64,000 nt of DNA from an uncultured Actinomycetes bacterium (GTDB taxonomy: Bacteria > Actinomycetota > Thermoleophilia > Gaiellales > Gaiellaceae), in the NCBI GenBank assembly GCA_963724315.1, contig CAVRUF010000010.1, forward strand, positions 60,956-124,955, in the 5' to 3' direction. The notes beneath the pieces were generated by a model. That model was given only the letters and a program-made list of their open reading frames with translations, was not told the DNA's origin and made no database searches. The position numbers and the translations under genes were made by a program. Below, one piece after another: positions 1 to 9,234 of the stretch; position 1 is the first letter of the stretch; each line of letters opens with the position of its first letter.

Positions 1-412
1 CACGCGCCGCCTCGGGATAGGAGAGGCCGACCACGTCGACCGCGACGAGCACGTCGCGGAAGTCCTCCGGCAGCGCGGAGATGGCGGCGTAGACCTGGCC
101 GATCTCCACGGCGTCGGCCGGATCGTCACCTGCGCGCGACCCGACTGCCGCGTCCTCGACGAGCTCTGCCGTCGCCGGACGGCGACTCTCGGCTCGGCGC
201 TGGCTGATGAGCGTGTTCCGCAGGGCACGGAGCAGATAGCCGACCTCGTCCTCACCGCGTAGGAAGCGGGGGCGCGCCAGCACGCGCGCATACGTCTCCT
301 GCACGAGGTCCTCCGCTTCCTCCCGGGACCTCGTCCAGGCCCGGGCGGCGCGGTAGAGCCTGGGCAGGTGTTCGACCGCCCGCTCTGGATCGAGCCTTCG
401 TGGAGCGCGCAT
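1..412 (-). CDS. ECF-type RNA polymerase sigma factor (3' end outside window)
   Basis: Manual minus-strand translation from ATG 412-410 gives MRAPRRLDPERAVEHLPRLYRAARAWTRSREEAEDLVQETYARVLARPRFL...DFRDVLVAVDVVGLSYPEAA. This shows a sigma-70 region 2 motif and the start of region 4. It is absent from the ORF track because it runs off the window edge. Confidence 0.7.
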   Translation of the reverse strand, partial: MRAPRRLDPERAVEHLPRLYRAARAWTRSREEAEDLVQETYARVLARPRFLRGEDEVGYLLRALRNTLISQRRAESRRPATAELVEDAAVGSRAGDDPADAVEIGQVYAAISALPEDFRDVLVAVDVVGLSYPEAAR

Positions 413-541
413 CACTCTCGCTGCTTGCCGGCTCGGATTTCTGCCTGACCGGCTCGGCCCAAGATGCGCCGGGAAGGAATGGCTCCGCGCGGGCGTCGGA
501 CATGGATGAAGCCAAAGAACGAGTTGAGGAGGTTCACAGCC

Positions 542-1060
542 ATGAAACGATTGCTCATCCCCGCGTTCGCCGTCGTCGCCCTGGCGTTTGCGATGGCAGT
601 GGCGGCTTGCGGAGGAGGAGGCTCAGCCTCGTCCGGCGCACCCGCTTCGGGCGGCGGAGCGACCGTCTCGACCGAGCAGATCGGCGATGCAGGCATTGTC
701 CTGGTCGACTCGAACGGTCAGGCGCTCTACACGAACGACCAGGAGACGGGCAGCATGGTGCTCTGCAACGGCGCCTGCCTTTCCTTCTGGATGCCGCTGA
801 CGGTCAGCGGGGCGCCCAAGGGCGACTCCCTTGACGGAAAGCTCGGCGTCGTCACGCGCCCGGACGGGAGCAAGCAGGTCACCTTCAACGGGAAGCTGCT
901 CTACACCTTCTCCGAGGACCAGCCTGGAGAGGTCGGCGGAAACGGCTTCAAGGACGCGTTCGACGGCCAGCAGTTCACCTGGAACGTCGTCCACGCGGAC
1001 GGTTCCACGAGCTCCTCCGGGGGCGGAACGTCGACCGGGAGTGGCTACCCGGGCTACTAG
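542..1060 (+). CDS. secreted lipoprotein, COG4315-like (Yx[FWY]xxD motif family)
   Basis: ORF 464..1060. The likely start is ATG 542 (MKRLLIPAFAVVALAFAMAVAACGGG, a lipobox signal). Two motif copies are present (ALYTNDQE, LLYTFSEDQ). Confidence 0.65.
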   Translation: MKRLLIPAFAVVALAFAMAVAACGGGGSASSGAPASGGGATVSTEQIGDAGIVLVDSNGQALYTNDQETGSMVLCNGACLSFWMPLTVSGAPKGDSLDGKLGVVTRPDGSKQVTFNGKLLYTFSEDQPGEVGGNGFKDAFDGQQFTWNVVHADGSTSSSGGGTSTGSGYPGY

Positions 1061-1246
1061 GCCGTGTCAGCCGACACCGTCAGGGATCGAGAGGAAGTTC
1101 GCAGGGAGTGCGACCTCGGCCGCACTCCCTGGCTGAAGGAGCTGCTCAGCCAGCGCGCGAGGCAGTGCGGCCGGCCGTGCGTCAGCCAGTCCAAAGGAGG
1201 TCATCATGACGCACATATCAACCACTACCGTGGCGGTCGGTACACA

Positions 1247-1873
1247 ATGAACGCCCCCGCCTCAATCACCATCACGCCAGTCCGCGTTGCCGACCTGCTC
1301 GCCGAGGGCGAGCGGATGCCGGTCTACGTGTACGTCATCGACCATCCCGATGCGCGCGTGCTGGTCGACACCGGCATGACGGAGCTGCACCCGGCGGTGG
1401 CCGACCTCGATCCCCGCCTCCGTCCACTGAGCAAGCAGGACTTCGACCTCGCGGGCATCGACATCGTCGTCAACACACACCTGCACTTCGACCACTGCGG
1501 CGGCAACCACCTCTTCGCCGGCAGGCCGATCTACGTCCAGCGTCGGGAGCTCGACGACGCGCGCAGCGAGGACGACTACACCATTCGCGAGTGGGTCGAG
1601 GCGCCCGGCGTGCGGTACGTGCCGGTCGACGGCGAGCTCGAGCTGCTTCCGGGGCTCCGGCTCGTCCCGGCGCCGGGCCACTCACGCGGCATGCAGGTGG
1701 TCGTCGTCGAGACTGGCGGGCGTCCGGTCGTCGTCGGCGGCGACGTGGCGGTTTGGTTCGGCGAGCTCGACGAGCCGCACACCGAAGGCCAGCTGCGGGT
1801 GCGCGCGCTCGACCCCGAGCTGGTCTGGCTCGCGCACGAGCACGAGCCGTGGCGTCGGCGAGAAGAGCGTTGA
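1247..1873 (+). CDS. MBL-fold metallo-hydrolase (lactonase-like)
   Basis: ORF 1064..1873 carries HLHFDHCGG (an HxHxDH metal motif) and later PAPGHSRG. The probable start is MNAPASITI at 1247. Confidence 0.7.
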   Translation: MNAPASITITPVRVADLLAEGERMPVYVYVIDHPDARVLVDTGMTELHPAVADLDPRLRPLSKQDFDLAGIDIVVNTHLHFDHCGGNHLFAGRPIYVQRRELDDARSEDDYTIREWVEAPGVRYVPVDGELELLPGLRLVPAPGHSRGMQVVVVETGGRPVVVGGDVAVWFGELDEPHTEGQLRVRALDPELVWLAHEHEPWRRREER

Positions 1874-2120
1874 GCTTGAACACCCGGCACCGTCGAGTCG
1901 CGGCGCGGCGAGCAGCGCGGAAGGCATCGGGGTCGCGCTCGCGGCGACGCTGCTCGCGTTCGGCTGCCCGGCGCAGCTGCTCTTCGCGCCAGGCCGGATC
2001 GCGAGCAGAGCGAGCGGCGTAGTACGTCTCGGGCATCTGCTCGCGATCTTAGAAACGCGCCGCAGGTGTAGCCAAAAAGTAGCCAAACGCGGATTTCGCA
2101 CTCTTCGCGTCGCCTCCCGA

Positions 2121-2150
2121 GAAAACGAAAACCCCCGATAAGCGGGGGCT
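2121..2150 (-). terminator. rho-independent terminator downstream of tRNA-Val
   Basis: The minus strand reads GCCCCCG-CTTAT-CGGGGG followed by TTTTCGTTTTC. Confidence 0.75.
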
Positions 2151-2157
2151 TCGTGAG

Positions 2158-2230
2158 TGGGCGGTACTGGGCTCGAACCAGTGACCCCCAGCTTGTCGAG
2201 CTGGTGCTCTCCCAACTGAGCTAACCGCCC
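2158..2230 (-). tRNA. tRNA-Val (anticodon GAC), no encoded CCA
   Basis: The reverse complement is GGGCGGTTAGCTCAGTTGGGAGAGCACCAGCTCGACAAGCTGGGGGTCACTGGTTCGAGCCCAGTACCGCCCA. It folds as a canonical cloverleaf with a 7-bp acceptor stem, GCTC/GAGC D-stem, CCAGC/GCTGG anticodon stem, loop TCGACAA, and ACTGG-TTCGAGC-CCAGT T-arm. Confidence 0.9.
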
Positions 2231-2244
2231 TTGGGGGCCGGATT

Positions 2245-2748
2245 CTAGCGAACGCTCCTGGGCAGGAAGCCCAGTGGATCCACGGGCTCGCCGTGCACAT
2301 GGACCTCGAAATGCAGGTGCGGGCCGGTGCACGAGCCCGTGCAGCCCGCTCTCGCGATCGGCTGGCCTCGCTGGACGAGGTCGCCCGGCTCCACCTGGAT
2401 CGACGACAGGTGCGCGTACAGGGTCACAAGGCCCGGGCCGTGGCGGATCTCGACCACGTTGCCGTAGCCCGCGTGCTCGTCGAGCCAACCGGTCGCGATG
2501 ACGACGCCGTCGCCGGCGGCTCGCACGCGGTTCGTCTGGAGCACCGCGATGTCGATCCCGGCGTGGAGGCGGCCCCAGCGCTCGCCGAACGGGGACTCGA
2601 ACGGGCCGTCGAGCGGCACGGCGAAGCGGTCCGCTTCCCCAGGACCAAGCCGCAGAGATGCGGTGTAGTCCGGGTAGGAAGCGAACGCGGGGGCGGCGAG
2701 CGCACAAGCGCAAAGAGCCGCCGCGGCGAGCGCGGTGAAGCGAAGCAA
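2245..2748 (-). CDS. M23 family metallopeptidase (secreted)
   Basis: The ORF has a signal peptide (MLRFTALAAAALCACALAAPAFA), HAGIDI, and GCTGSCTGPHLHFEVHV (the HxH motif of LytM/M23). Confidence 0.85.
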   Translation of the reverse strand: MLRFTALAAAALCACALAAPAFASYPDYTASLRLGPGEADRFAVPLDGPFESPFGERWGRLHAGIDIAVLQTNRVRAAGDGVVIATGWLDEHAGYGNVVEIRHGPGLVTLYAHLSSIQVEPGDLVQRGQPIARAGCTGSCTGPHLHFEVHVHGEPVDPLGFLPRSVR

Positions 2749-2839
2749 GCGCCCCAGGCTAGCCGAGCGGACCGAGCCGCCGACTCCCCCGAATGGGGGG
2801 ACGCGCCGCGGCCACGTGGGCGCGGCGCGTCCCGAAGCG

Positions 2840-3395
2840 CTATCCGGCCAGCTGAGGCGCCCTGCCGTCCGACGTGACCCGGATCGTCCCCTGCATCCAC
2901 GGATGGATGGCGCAGATGTAGTGGATCCTCCTGCCGACCTTGGCCTTCACGCGGACGCCGATCTTCTCGCCGGGCAGGAGGATCAGCGAGTCGCCCTGCG
3001 ACTGCATCCCGGCCGGGCCCTTGTTCACGCGCAGCGTCCCGAGCCCGGAGTCCGGATCGTTCGGATCGACCAGGTGGTTGTTGATGAGCGAGCAGATCGG
3101 GCAGGCGAAGATCTCGTCCACCGTGTCCGGGACGTTCTTCTCCATGACCGTGGTGATCGAGTGCGGGTCGCCCGACTTGTCCGCGTCGACCCAGGTGACG
3201 CGCTCGTTCGGACGGACGTAGATCACGCCCTGGTCGAAATGCAGCGTGCTGCTCAGGTACTCGTTCGGGCGAGAACGAGTCGCCGCCGCGCGTCTTGACG
3301 GTCTTCCCGGCGTAGGCCGGCGCCGCCGCGAGCCCGACCGCCAGGAGCGCAGCGAGCAGCACCACGAGGCGGCGGGACAGGTTGGTTTCGAGCAT
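2840..3395 (-). pseudogene. cupredoxin (plastocyanin/azurin-like) secreted protein, one frame break near 3267
   Basis: N-terminus MLETNLSRRLVVLLAALLAVGLAAAPAYAGKTVKTRGGDSFSP lies in the frame of ORF 2424..3452, with GGAGG 5 nt upstream of ATG 3395. It continues as NEYLSSTLHFDQGVIYVRPNERVTW...HYICAIHPWMQGTIRV in the frame of ORF 2840..5227. The break sits at the GGG run 3267-3269. Confidence 0.7.
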
Positions 3396-3456
3396 GCGAA
3401 CCTCCATCGTTTTCGGCACGTCGAGTGTCCCACCCGCCGCGCGGCGTGACAACGTC

Positions 3457-4300
3457 CTACGAGCGCAGCGTGAGCGTTCCGCTGGTCGTCTTCGAGTAGC
3501 CGTTCTTCGGGACGCTGAGGCGGAGCCGCACCTTCATCGTCTCCTTCGGCGTGACCTTGAAGACCGTCTTCGAGCCGGCGCCGAGCGTGTGCGCCGAGAC
3601 CTTCTTCCACGCGGAGCCCTGCTTGCGCTCGAGGACGATCTTCCCGCCGGCCTGGCTGGGGCTCGTGGAAACGGTGATCCAGTACGTGCTTGTTCTTCTT
3701 GCGCGACTTCACGTTCAGCTTCGGCTTCACGTTCAGGCGGACGACGAGCTGTCGCGGACCCGACCGTCGCCTGGTACTGGCCGGGCACGCGCGGGGATCG
3801 ACGCGGTGAACTTGCCCGGTCGTCGCGTTCGCGGTGCACGCTCTTGATCGGGTTCGCCGAGCCGCCGACCAGGTTGAGGTCGACCGTGCTCGCCCTCGGG
3901 CGCGTACCCGCTGAACGTCGCGGGCTTGCCGTGCGTGACGGTCAGGCCGGGGCCGGCCAGGTACAGGTCCGAGACGACGACCGATGCCGTGCATGCCCGG
4001 GTGGAGCGAGCAGTGGTACTGGTACGTCCCCGGCGCCGAGAACAGGTAGCTGAACGTGGCGCCCTTCGCGAGCGGCGAGGTGAACAGCCCGTCGTCCTCG
4101 ACGAGGTTGTGGGTCGCGAGGCTCGACACGGACGTGATCTCGTTGTTCGTCCACTTCACGGTGTCGCCGGTCACGGCGATGACCTGGTGCGGGGTGAACC
4201 GCTGGAACTTCACGGAGACGTTGCGCTCGACCGCCGCGCTCGCCGCGGGAGCGAGCAGGCCGGCGACGACCGCAACGACGAGGAGCGCGCGGCCGCGCAT
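3457..4300 (-). pseudogene. cupredoxin domain protein with C-terminal Ig-like/beta-sandwich region, about 4 frame breaks
   Basis: MRGRALLVVAVVAGLLAPAASA...TGDTVKWTNN...GTYQYHCSLHPGMHG gives the Cu ligands. Hand translation then follows SVVVSDLYLAGPGLTVTHGKPATFSGYAPEG / STVDLNLVGGSANPIKSV / ...VRLNVKPKLNVKSRKKNKHV... / KIVLERKQGSAWKKVSAHTLGAGSKTVFKVTPKETMKVRLRLSVPKNGYSKTTSGTLTLRS across three frames. The start overlaps the MCO stop (ATGA). Confidence 0.6.
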
Positions 4301-5227
4301 CAGCCGCTCACTTTGTAGTAGCCGATCATGCCGGCCATCATGTGCGTCTCGACGTGGCAGTGGTAGAGCCACGTGCCCTTGGCGTCCTCTCGGAAGCGGA
4401 ACGTGAAGCTCTCGGCCGGGCCGAGCGTCTTCGTGTCGATCCACTCGCCGTTCTGCATCCAGCGGTGTCCGTGGATGTGGAACGTGTGGTGCTCGCTGCC
4501 GAGCGCCAGGACGTCCCACTGGACGAGGTCGCCGATCTTCGCCGTCTGCGTGTTCTTGTTCCCGGGGAAGGCGCGCCCGTTGATCGTCATGAAGCCGAGA
4601 TGCGTGGAGAGGAAGGCGATGTTCTCCTTGTCGGCCTTCTTCTCGTGCTTGCCGAGGATCGAGATGGCGCCGTACATGCCGCCCTCGATCGACTGCGTCA
4701 TCGACGAGGAGTGGTCGTGGTAGGGCAAGACGCCGCGCGAGCCCTTGACCGCCTTCAGCCGGTACGTCCAGCTGTGCCCGACGGCCACGTTCGCGCCCGG
4801 CCCCGAGATGCCCGGGATGTACGCCCCGTCCGAGCCGACCGCGTACTTGAACGCGTGGAAGTGCATCGAGTGCCGGTTCAGGAAACGGGTGTCCAGGTTC
4901 TTGAAGTGGACGACCACCTGGTCGCCGACGCGGGCGCGGATCGTCGGGCCGGGAATCCCGTCGTTGTCGCCGGTGACGTACGGGTAGGTTCGCCCACGGC
5001 TTGGCCCAGTTCTTCGTGTAGCGCTTGTAGAGGACGGTCTGCATGACCGTCTCGCCGGTCGTGTACGTGTCGCCCGACAGGGGGTCGAGCCCCGTCGGCA
5101 TGAGGTTCCACGTGGCCGGGACGGCGGCGATCCAGTAGTGCATCGTCTTCGCCTGTGCGGCGGCCGGCGCCAGGGCGAATCCCGAGGCGACCAAGAGCAC
5201 GAGCGCAAAGGTCCGCAGCACGGACAC
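4300..5227 (-). pseudogene. two-domain multicopper oxidase (small-laccase-like), one frame break near 4985
   Basis: N-terminus MSVLRTFALVLLVASGFALAPAAAQA...YKRYTKNWAKPWANL lies in the frame of ORF 2840..5227. It joins YVTGDNDGIPGPTIRARVGDQVVVHFKN...HSMHFH...PYHDH...HTFHIHGHRW...WLYHCHVETHMMAGM in ORF 4300..5238. These are the four MCO copper-binding motifs. Confidence 0.8.
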
Positions 5228-5285
5228 ATTGTGCCCACAAAGCAGCAGGAATCGGTCGGTTGCGTGTAAGCGGCCGGTAAGCGCG

Positions 5286-7439
5286 CTACAACCGCTCGAG
5301 CGGGGCGTACTCGAGCATCAGACGCCGCTCGGAGCCGTCGTCGGCGAAGCGCACCGTGACCGTGCCGTCCGACTCGATTCGCGTGACGACGCCCTCGCCC
5401 ATCGTCGCGTGGCGCACCGTGTCGCCCGTCGAGAGATCCGGGAACTCGACCTCACGCTTGGGCGTCACCGTCGGCGCGCCGTAGCCCGACCACGACGTCG
5501 GGCGCAGGCGGTCGCGCTCGATCTCGTCCTGGGGGAGCTCGTCGATGAACCGGCTCGGCAGGTTGTAGTTGCGCGAGCCGTAGAGCGCCCGCGCCGACGC
5601 GTGGGTCAGGGTGAGCCGCTCGCGCGCACGCGTGAGGCCGACGTAGCAGAGCCGCCGCTCCTCCTCGAGGCTGCCCTCCTCGAGCGAGCGCGCGTGCGGG
5701 AAGACGCCCTCCTCCATCCCGATCATGAAGACGGCGCGAAATTCGAGACCCTTGGCGTTGTGCAAGGTCATGAGCGTCACCTTGCCGCCCTCCTCGTCGA
5801 TCGAGTCCTGGTCGGAGTAGAGCGAGACCTGCTGGAGGAACTCGGAGAGCGTCGGCTCGTCGGCCGCCTCGTCGTACTCCTTCGCGACGCCGAGGAGCTC
5901 CATCAGGTTCTCCATGCGTCCCTGCGCCTCGATCGTGCGCTCGGCCTGGAGCGCCTCCATGTAGCCGGACTGCTCGTAGACGCGCTCGAGGAGATCGGGG
6001 ACCGAGAGCTCCTGCGCGGCCGAGGCGAGCGAGTCGAGGAGCGCGCGCAGCTTGCCGATCGCACGCAGCGGCGCCGGGCCGACGCCCGCCTCGTCGGCGC
6101 GCCCGATCGCATCCCAGAGCGTGATCCCCTGCGCGTCGGCGAACGCCTGGAGCCGCGCGAGGCTCGTGTCCCCCACGCCGCGCCGCGGCCGGTTCGCCAT
6201 GCGCAGGAGCGAGACCGTGTCGGACGGGTTGTCGATCGCCTGCAGGTACGCGATCGCGTCGCGCACCTCGGCGCGCTCGTAGAAGCGCGGGCCGCCGATC
6301 ACCTGGAACGGGATGCGGACGGTGCCGAGGATCTCCTCGAGCACCCTCGACTGCGCGTTCGTGCGGTAGAAGACGGCGATCTCGGACGCCGAGTAGTCGC
6401 CGTCGACGAGCCCGGAGATCTCGGAGGCGACGAACCGCGCCTCGGCGTGCTCGTCCTCCACCTCGAGCACGCGCACCGGGTCGCCCTCGCCGACCTCGCT
6501 CCACAGGTTCTTCGGCTTGCGCTCGCGGTTGTGCCGGATGACCGCGTTCGCCGCCTGGAGGATCCGGTTCGTCGAGCGGTAGTTCTGCTCCAGGGCGATC
6601 GTCCTCGCGCCCTCGAAGTCCTGCTCGAACTCGAGCACGTTGCGGATGTCCGCCCCGCGAAACGCGTAGATCGACTGGTCGGGATCGCCGACCGCGAAGA
6701 CGTTCTTGTGCTTCCCGGCCAGGAGCTGGAGGAGCCGGTACTGCGCGTGGTTCGTGTCCTGGTACTCGTCCACCAGGATGTAGCGGAACGTCTTCTGCCA
6801 GCGGTTTCGCGCCTCGGGGAAGCGCTCGAGCACGTCGACGGTGAGCATGAGCATGTCGTCGAAGTCGAGCGCGTTCGAGGCGAAGAGCCGGCGCTGGTAG
6901 GCCTCGTACACCTCGGCGACGGTCTGGTCGTAGAAGGAGCCGACGCGCTCGGCGTACATGGCCGGGCTCACCAGCTGGTTCTTCGAGCGCGAGATCTCCG
7001 CGTGGATGCCGCGCGGCGAGAAGCGCTTCGGATCCTTGTCGAGCTCCTCCAGGCACGCCTTCACCACGCGAACCTGGTCGGCCTGGTCGTAGATCGTGAA
7101 GTTGCCCTTGTAGCCGAGCCGCGGCGCCTCGCTGCGCAGGATCCGCCCGCAGGCGGAGTGGAACGTCATCACCCACATCGTCCGCGCGATGCCGCCGACG
7201 AGCCCTTCGACGCGGCGCTTCATCTCCGCGGCTGCCTTGTTCGTGAACGTGATCGCGATGATCTCGTTCGGCTTCGCCCCCGCCCCGCGAATCAGGTGGA
7301 CGATGCGGTGCGTCAGGACCCGCGTCTTGCCGGAGCCCGCGCCGGCGACGACGAGCACGGGCCCGTCCACGGCCAGCACCGCCTCGAGCTGGGCGGGATT
7401 CAGGTCGGAGAGGTAGTCCTGCGAGGGCGCGACGGTCAC
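5286..7439 (-). CDS. pcrA: ATP-dependent DNA helicase PcrA/UvrD
   Basis: Intact 717-aa ORF with LNPAQLEAV, Walker A AGAGSGKT, DEYQDTN, and LEQNYRST, which are UvrD/Rep family motifs. Confidence 0.92.
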   Translation of the reverse strand: MTVAPSQDYLSDLNPAQLEAVLAVDGPVLVVAGAGSGKTRVLTHRIVHLIRGAGAKPNEIIAITFTNKAAAEMKRRVEGLVGGIARTMWVMTFHSACGRILRSEAPRLGYKGNFTIYDQADQVRVVKACLEELDKDPKRFSPRGIHAEISRSKNQLVSPAMYAERVGSFYDQTVAEVYEAYQRRLFASNALDFDDMLMLTVDVLERFPEARNRWQKTFRYILVDEYQDTNHAQYRLLQLLAGKHKNVFAVGDPDQSIYAFRGADIRNVLEFEQDFEGARTIALEQNYRSTNRILQAANAVIRHNRERKPKNLWSEVGEGDPVRVLEVEDEHAEARFVASEISGLVDGDYSASEIAVFYRTNAQSRVLEEILGTVRIPFQVIGGPRFYERAEVRDAIAYLQAIDNPSDTVSLLRMANRPRRGVGDTSLARLQAFADAQGITLWDAIGRADEAGVGPAPLRAIGKLRALLDSLASAAQELSVPDLLERVYEQSGYMEALQAERTIEAQGRMENLMELLGVAKEYDEAADEPTLSEFLQQVSLYSDQDSIDEEGGKVTLMTLHNAKGLEFRAVFMIGMEEGVFPHARSLEEGSLEEERRLCYVGLTRARERLTLTHASARALYGSRNYNLPSRFIDELPQDEIERDRLRPTSWSGYGAPTVTPKREVEFPDLSTGDTVRHATMGEGVVTRIESDGTVTVRFADDGSERRLMLEYAPLERL

Positions 7440-7630
7440 GCTCCGATGCTAGACGCTCCGCCGTGCGTCCCCGCCGGCCGCAATGGACCTCGCCCCACCC
7501 AACCATGGGAGGGGAGGACCCTCCACCCACCGCCCAAGCCAACCGTAGCTCGAACCCACGCACGGCTTCGGGTCGATTCTGTGCCGATTTGCCGCGAGTA
7601 CCCGAGACCGGCTTTCGTCGGCGGGTCGCC

Positions 7631-8368
7631 CTAGTCGTCGCCGGCGTCGCTGTCCACCGCGAGCAGGCTGTCCAGCGCGGCCCCGAGCTGGAGGCTCGCC
7701 GCCTCGAGCGCCGCCTGGTCGGAGGACTTGAGGACGATCTCGACCTCGGGCCCGGCGGCGCCGAAGCGCGGGTAGCTCCCGACGGTCACGGACGGGTGGT
7801 CGGCGGTGGCCTGCTCGAGCAGCACGACGAGCTGGCCCTCCGTGGCCTGCACCGTCCGCCGCCGCGAGACGATCGGCAGGCCGCGGAAGCGCTCGGCGAT
7901 CGCGTCGAACATCGCGGTCATCTCGCGCGGCAGGCCCGGGAGCACGTAGACGTTCTCGATCCGGAAGCCGGGGGCGCCGCCGAGCGGATTGGCGAGCGGT
8001 TCGGCGCCGGCCGGAAGACAGGCCCAGCGCGCCGCGTACTCGGCCAAACCGCGCGGCCCGAAGCGCGCGCGCAGCTCGCCGGCGAGCGGCTCGATCTCGA
8101 TGCAGGGGACCCGGAACGCGGCGGCGACGCCCTCGCGGGTGAGGTCGTCGGGCGTCCCGCCCAGGCCGCCCGTCACGAACATGAGATCGGCGTGCGACCG
8201 GCGGGCGCGGACGAACGCGCCGATCTCCTCCACCTCGTCCCGCACCGCGGCGACGAACGTCACGCGGACGCCGAGCTCGGCCAGCCGGCGCGAGATCCAC
8301 GACGCGTTCGTGTTCTCCGTGTCCCCGGAGACGATCTCGTTCCCGACGGTGAGGACGGTCGCGTCCAT
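7631..8368 (-). CDS. CinA-like competence/damage-inducible protein, MoCF-binding domain
   Basis: ORF reads MDATVLTVGNEIVSGDTENTNASWISRRLAELG...VTGGLGGTPDDLT..., matching the CinA N-terminal domain pattern. Confidence 0.75.
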   Translation of the reverse strand: MDATVLTVGNEIVSGDTENTNASWISRRLAELGVRVTFVAAVRDEVEEIGAFVRARRSHADLMFVTGGLGGTPDDLTREGVAAAFRVPCIEIEPLAGELRARFGPRGLAEYAARWACLPAGAEPLANPLGGAPGFRIENVYVLPGLPREMTAMFDAIAERFRGLPIVSRRRTVQATEGQLVVLLEQATADHPSVTVGSYPRFGAAGPEVEIVLKSSDQAALEAASLQLGAALDSLLAVDSDAGDD

Positions 8369-8388
8369 CGGGACGAGTACTTGACCTG

Positions 8389-9234
8389 CTAAGCGGGAAC
8401 GGGCGGCGGGCGAGTGCGGCCACGACCTGCGCGGTCGTCCAAACCGGGCTCGTCGCGTACTGGCGGTTGTAGCGGTACGACCCGTTCGAGCGCTGGAGCC
8501 GCTGGAGGTAGCGGAAGGCCGGCCGGCCGGGCTTCTTCCCCGCGGCGACGAAGGCCTGGATCGCCCAGGCGGTCGAGGGCGCGTCCGAGCCGCGGTTCGG
8601 GGTCAGCTCGAACCCGCCGTCGGCGTTCTGGAGGCGCCGGAGGAACGCGAGCCCCCGCTTGATCGTCTTCGCGCTCGACGGAACGCCCGCCGCGCGGAGC
8701 GCCTGGATCGCGGCGGCGGTGTCGTTCGAGTCGGCCTGGCCGCCCGCGTACCACGACCAGCCGCCGCTCTTCGCCTGCCGTCCCTTGAGGAAGCGGACGG
8801 TCTTCGCCGGAACCTTGCGTCCCGCGGCGCGCAGGGCGATGACGCCCCAGATCGTCGAGTTCACGGTCGGCCCGATCCGGCCGTTCGACTTCGTGTGGCC
8901 GGCGAGCTTCGTGGCGAGCGTGCCGACGACGCGGTTCATCGCGGCCAGCGCGACGATGCGGAGCTCGAGATCCGTAAGCGCCGCGTCGGTGCTCGCGGTC
9001 AGGTAGTCGGCCGCATCGGCGCTCCGGGCCGGCCAGGCCCGCGCCGAGCGGATGCCGAGCACCGCCCAGCCGGTCAGGCCCGCGTCGGAGGCGCGGCCCG
9101 GCTCCGCGAAGCCGCCGTCCGGAGCGCTGGCGCGCCTGCAGGTACGCCACGCCGTCGCCGAGGTCGGCCCGCGCCTCCTGCGCGGCGAAGCCGGCCAGCG
9201 CGAGCGTGGCGACGAGGAGGGCGAGACGCCTCAC
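8389..9234 (-). pseudogene. secreted prenyltransferase/squalene-oxidase-repeat (alpha/alpha-barrel) protein, last gene of the B12-riboswitch operon, 2 frame breaks
   Basis: GTG 9234 opens VRRLALLVATLALAGFAAQEARADLGDGVAYLQARQ in the frame of ORF 8389..9417. After a break near 9125 it reads PDGGFAEPGRASDAGLTGWAVLG...SGGWSWYAGGQADSNDTAAAIQAL...NADGGFELTPNRGSDAPSTAWAIQAF...SNGSYRY in the frame of ORF 7449..9062. A second break lies near 8400, before TAG 8389. The repeated xxGG(F/W) + (T/S)AWA motifs are typical of terpenoid-cyclase/prenyltransferase repeats. Confidence 0.6.

Noticed and set aside
1860-2036. Small minus-strand ORF start (MPETYYAARSARDPAWREEQLRRAAEREQRRRERDPDAF…) between the MBL gene and the tRNA
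   Set aside because: The frame has no stop before running antisense through the MBL gene. Composition is Arg/Glu/Ala-biased and there is no recognisable domain. It could be a frame-broken small gene, but I cannot support it.
2158-5227. tRNA-Val-linked genomic island carrying the M23 peptidase and copper genes
   Set aside because: I found no integrase, recombinase or transposase, and no direct repeat of the tRNA 3' end.
7440-7630. Possible regulatory element in the pcrA upstream / cinA downstream gap
   Set aside because: I could see no hairpin plus T-tract, no repeat and no conserved motif. It is just a GC-rich spacer.
5229-7634. 801-aa plus-strand ORF covering the whole pcrA region
   Set aside because: It is antisense to an intact, motif-rich PcrA ORF. 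Its translation is Arg/Ala/Asp/Leu-rich low-information sequence typical of GC-rich shadow ORFs.
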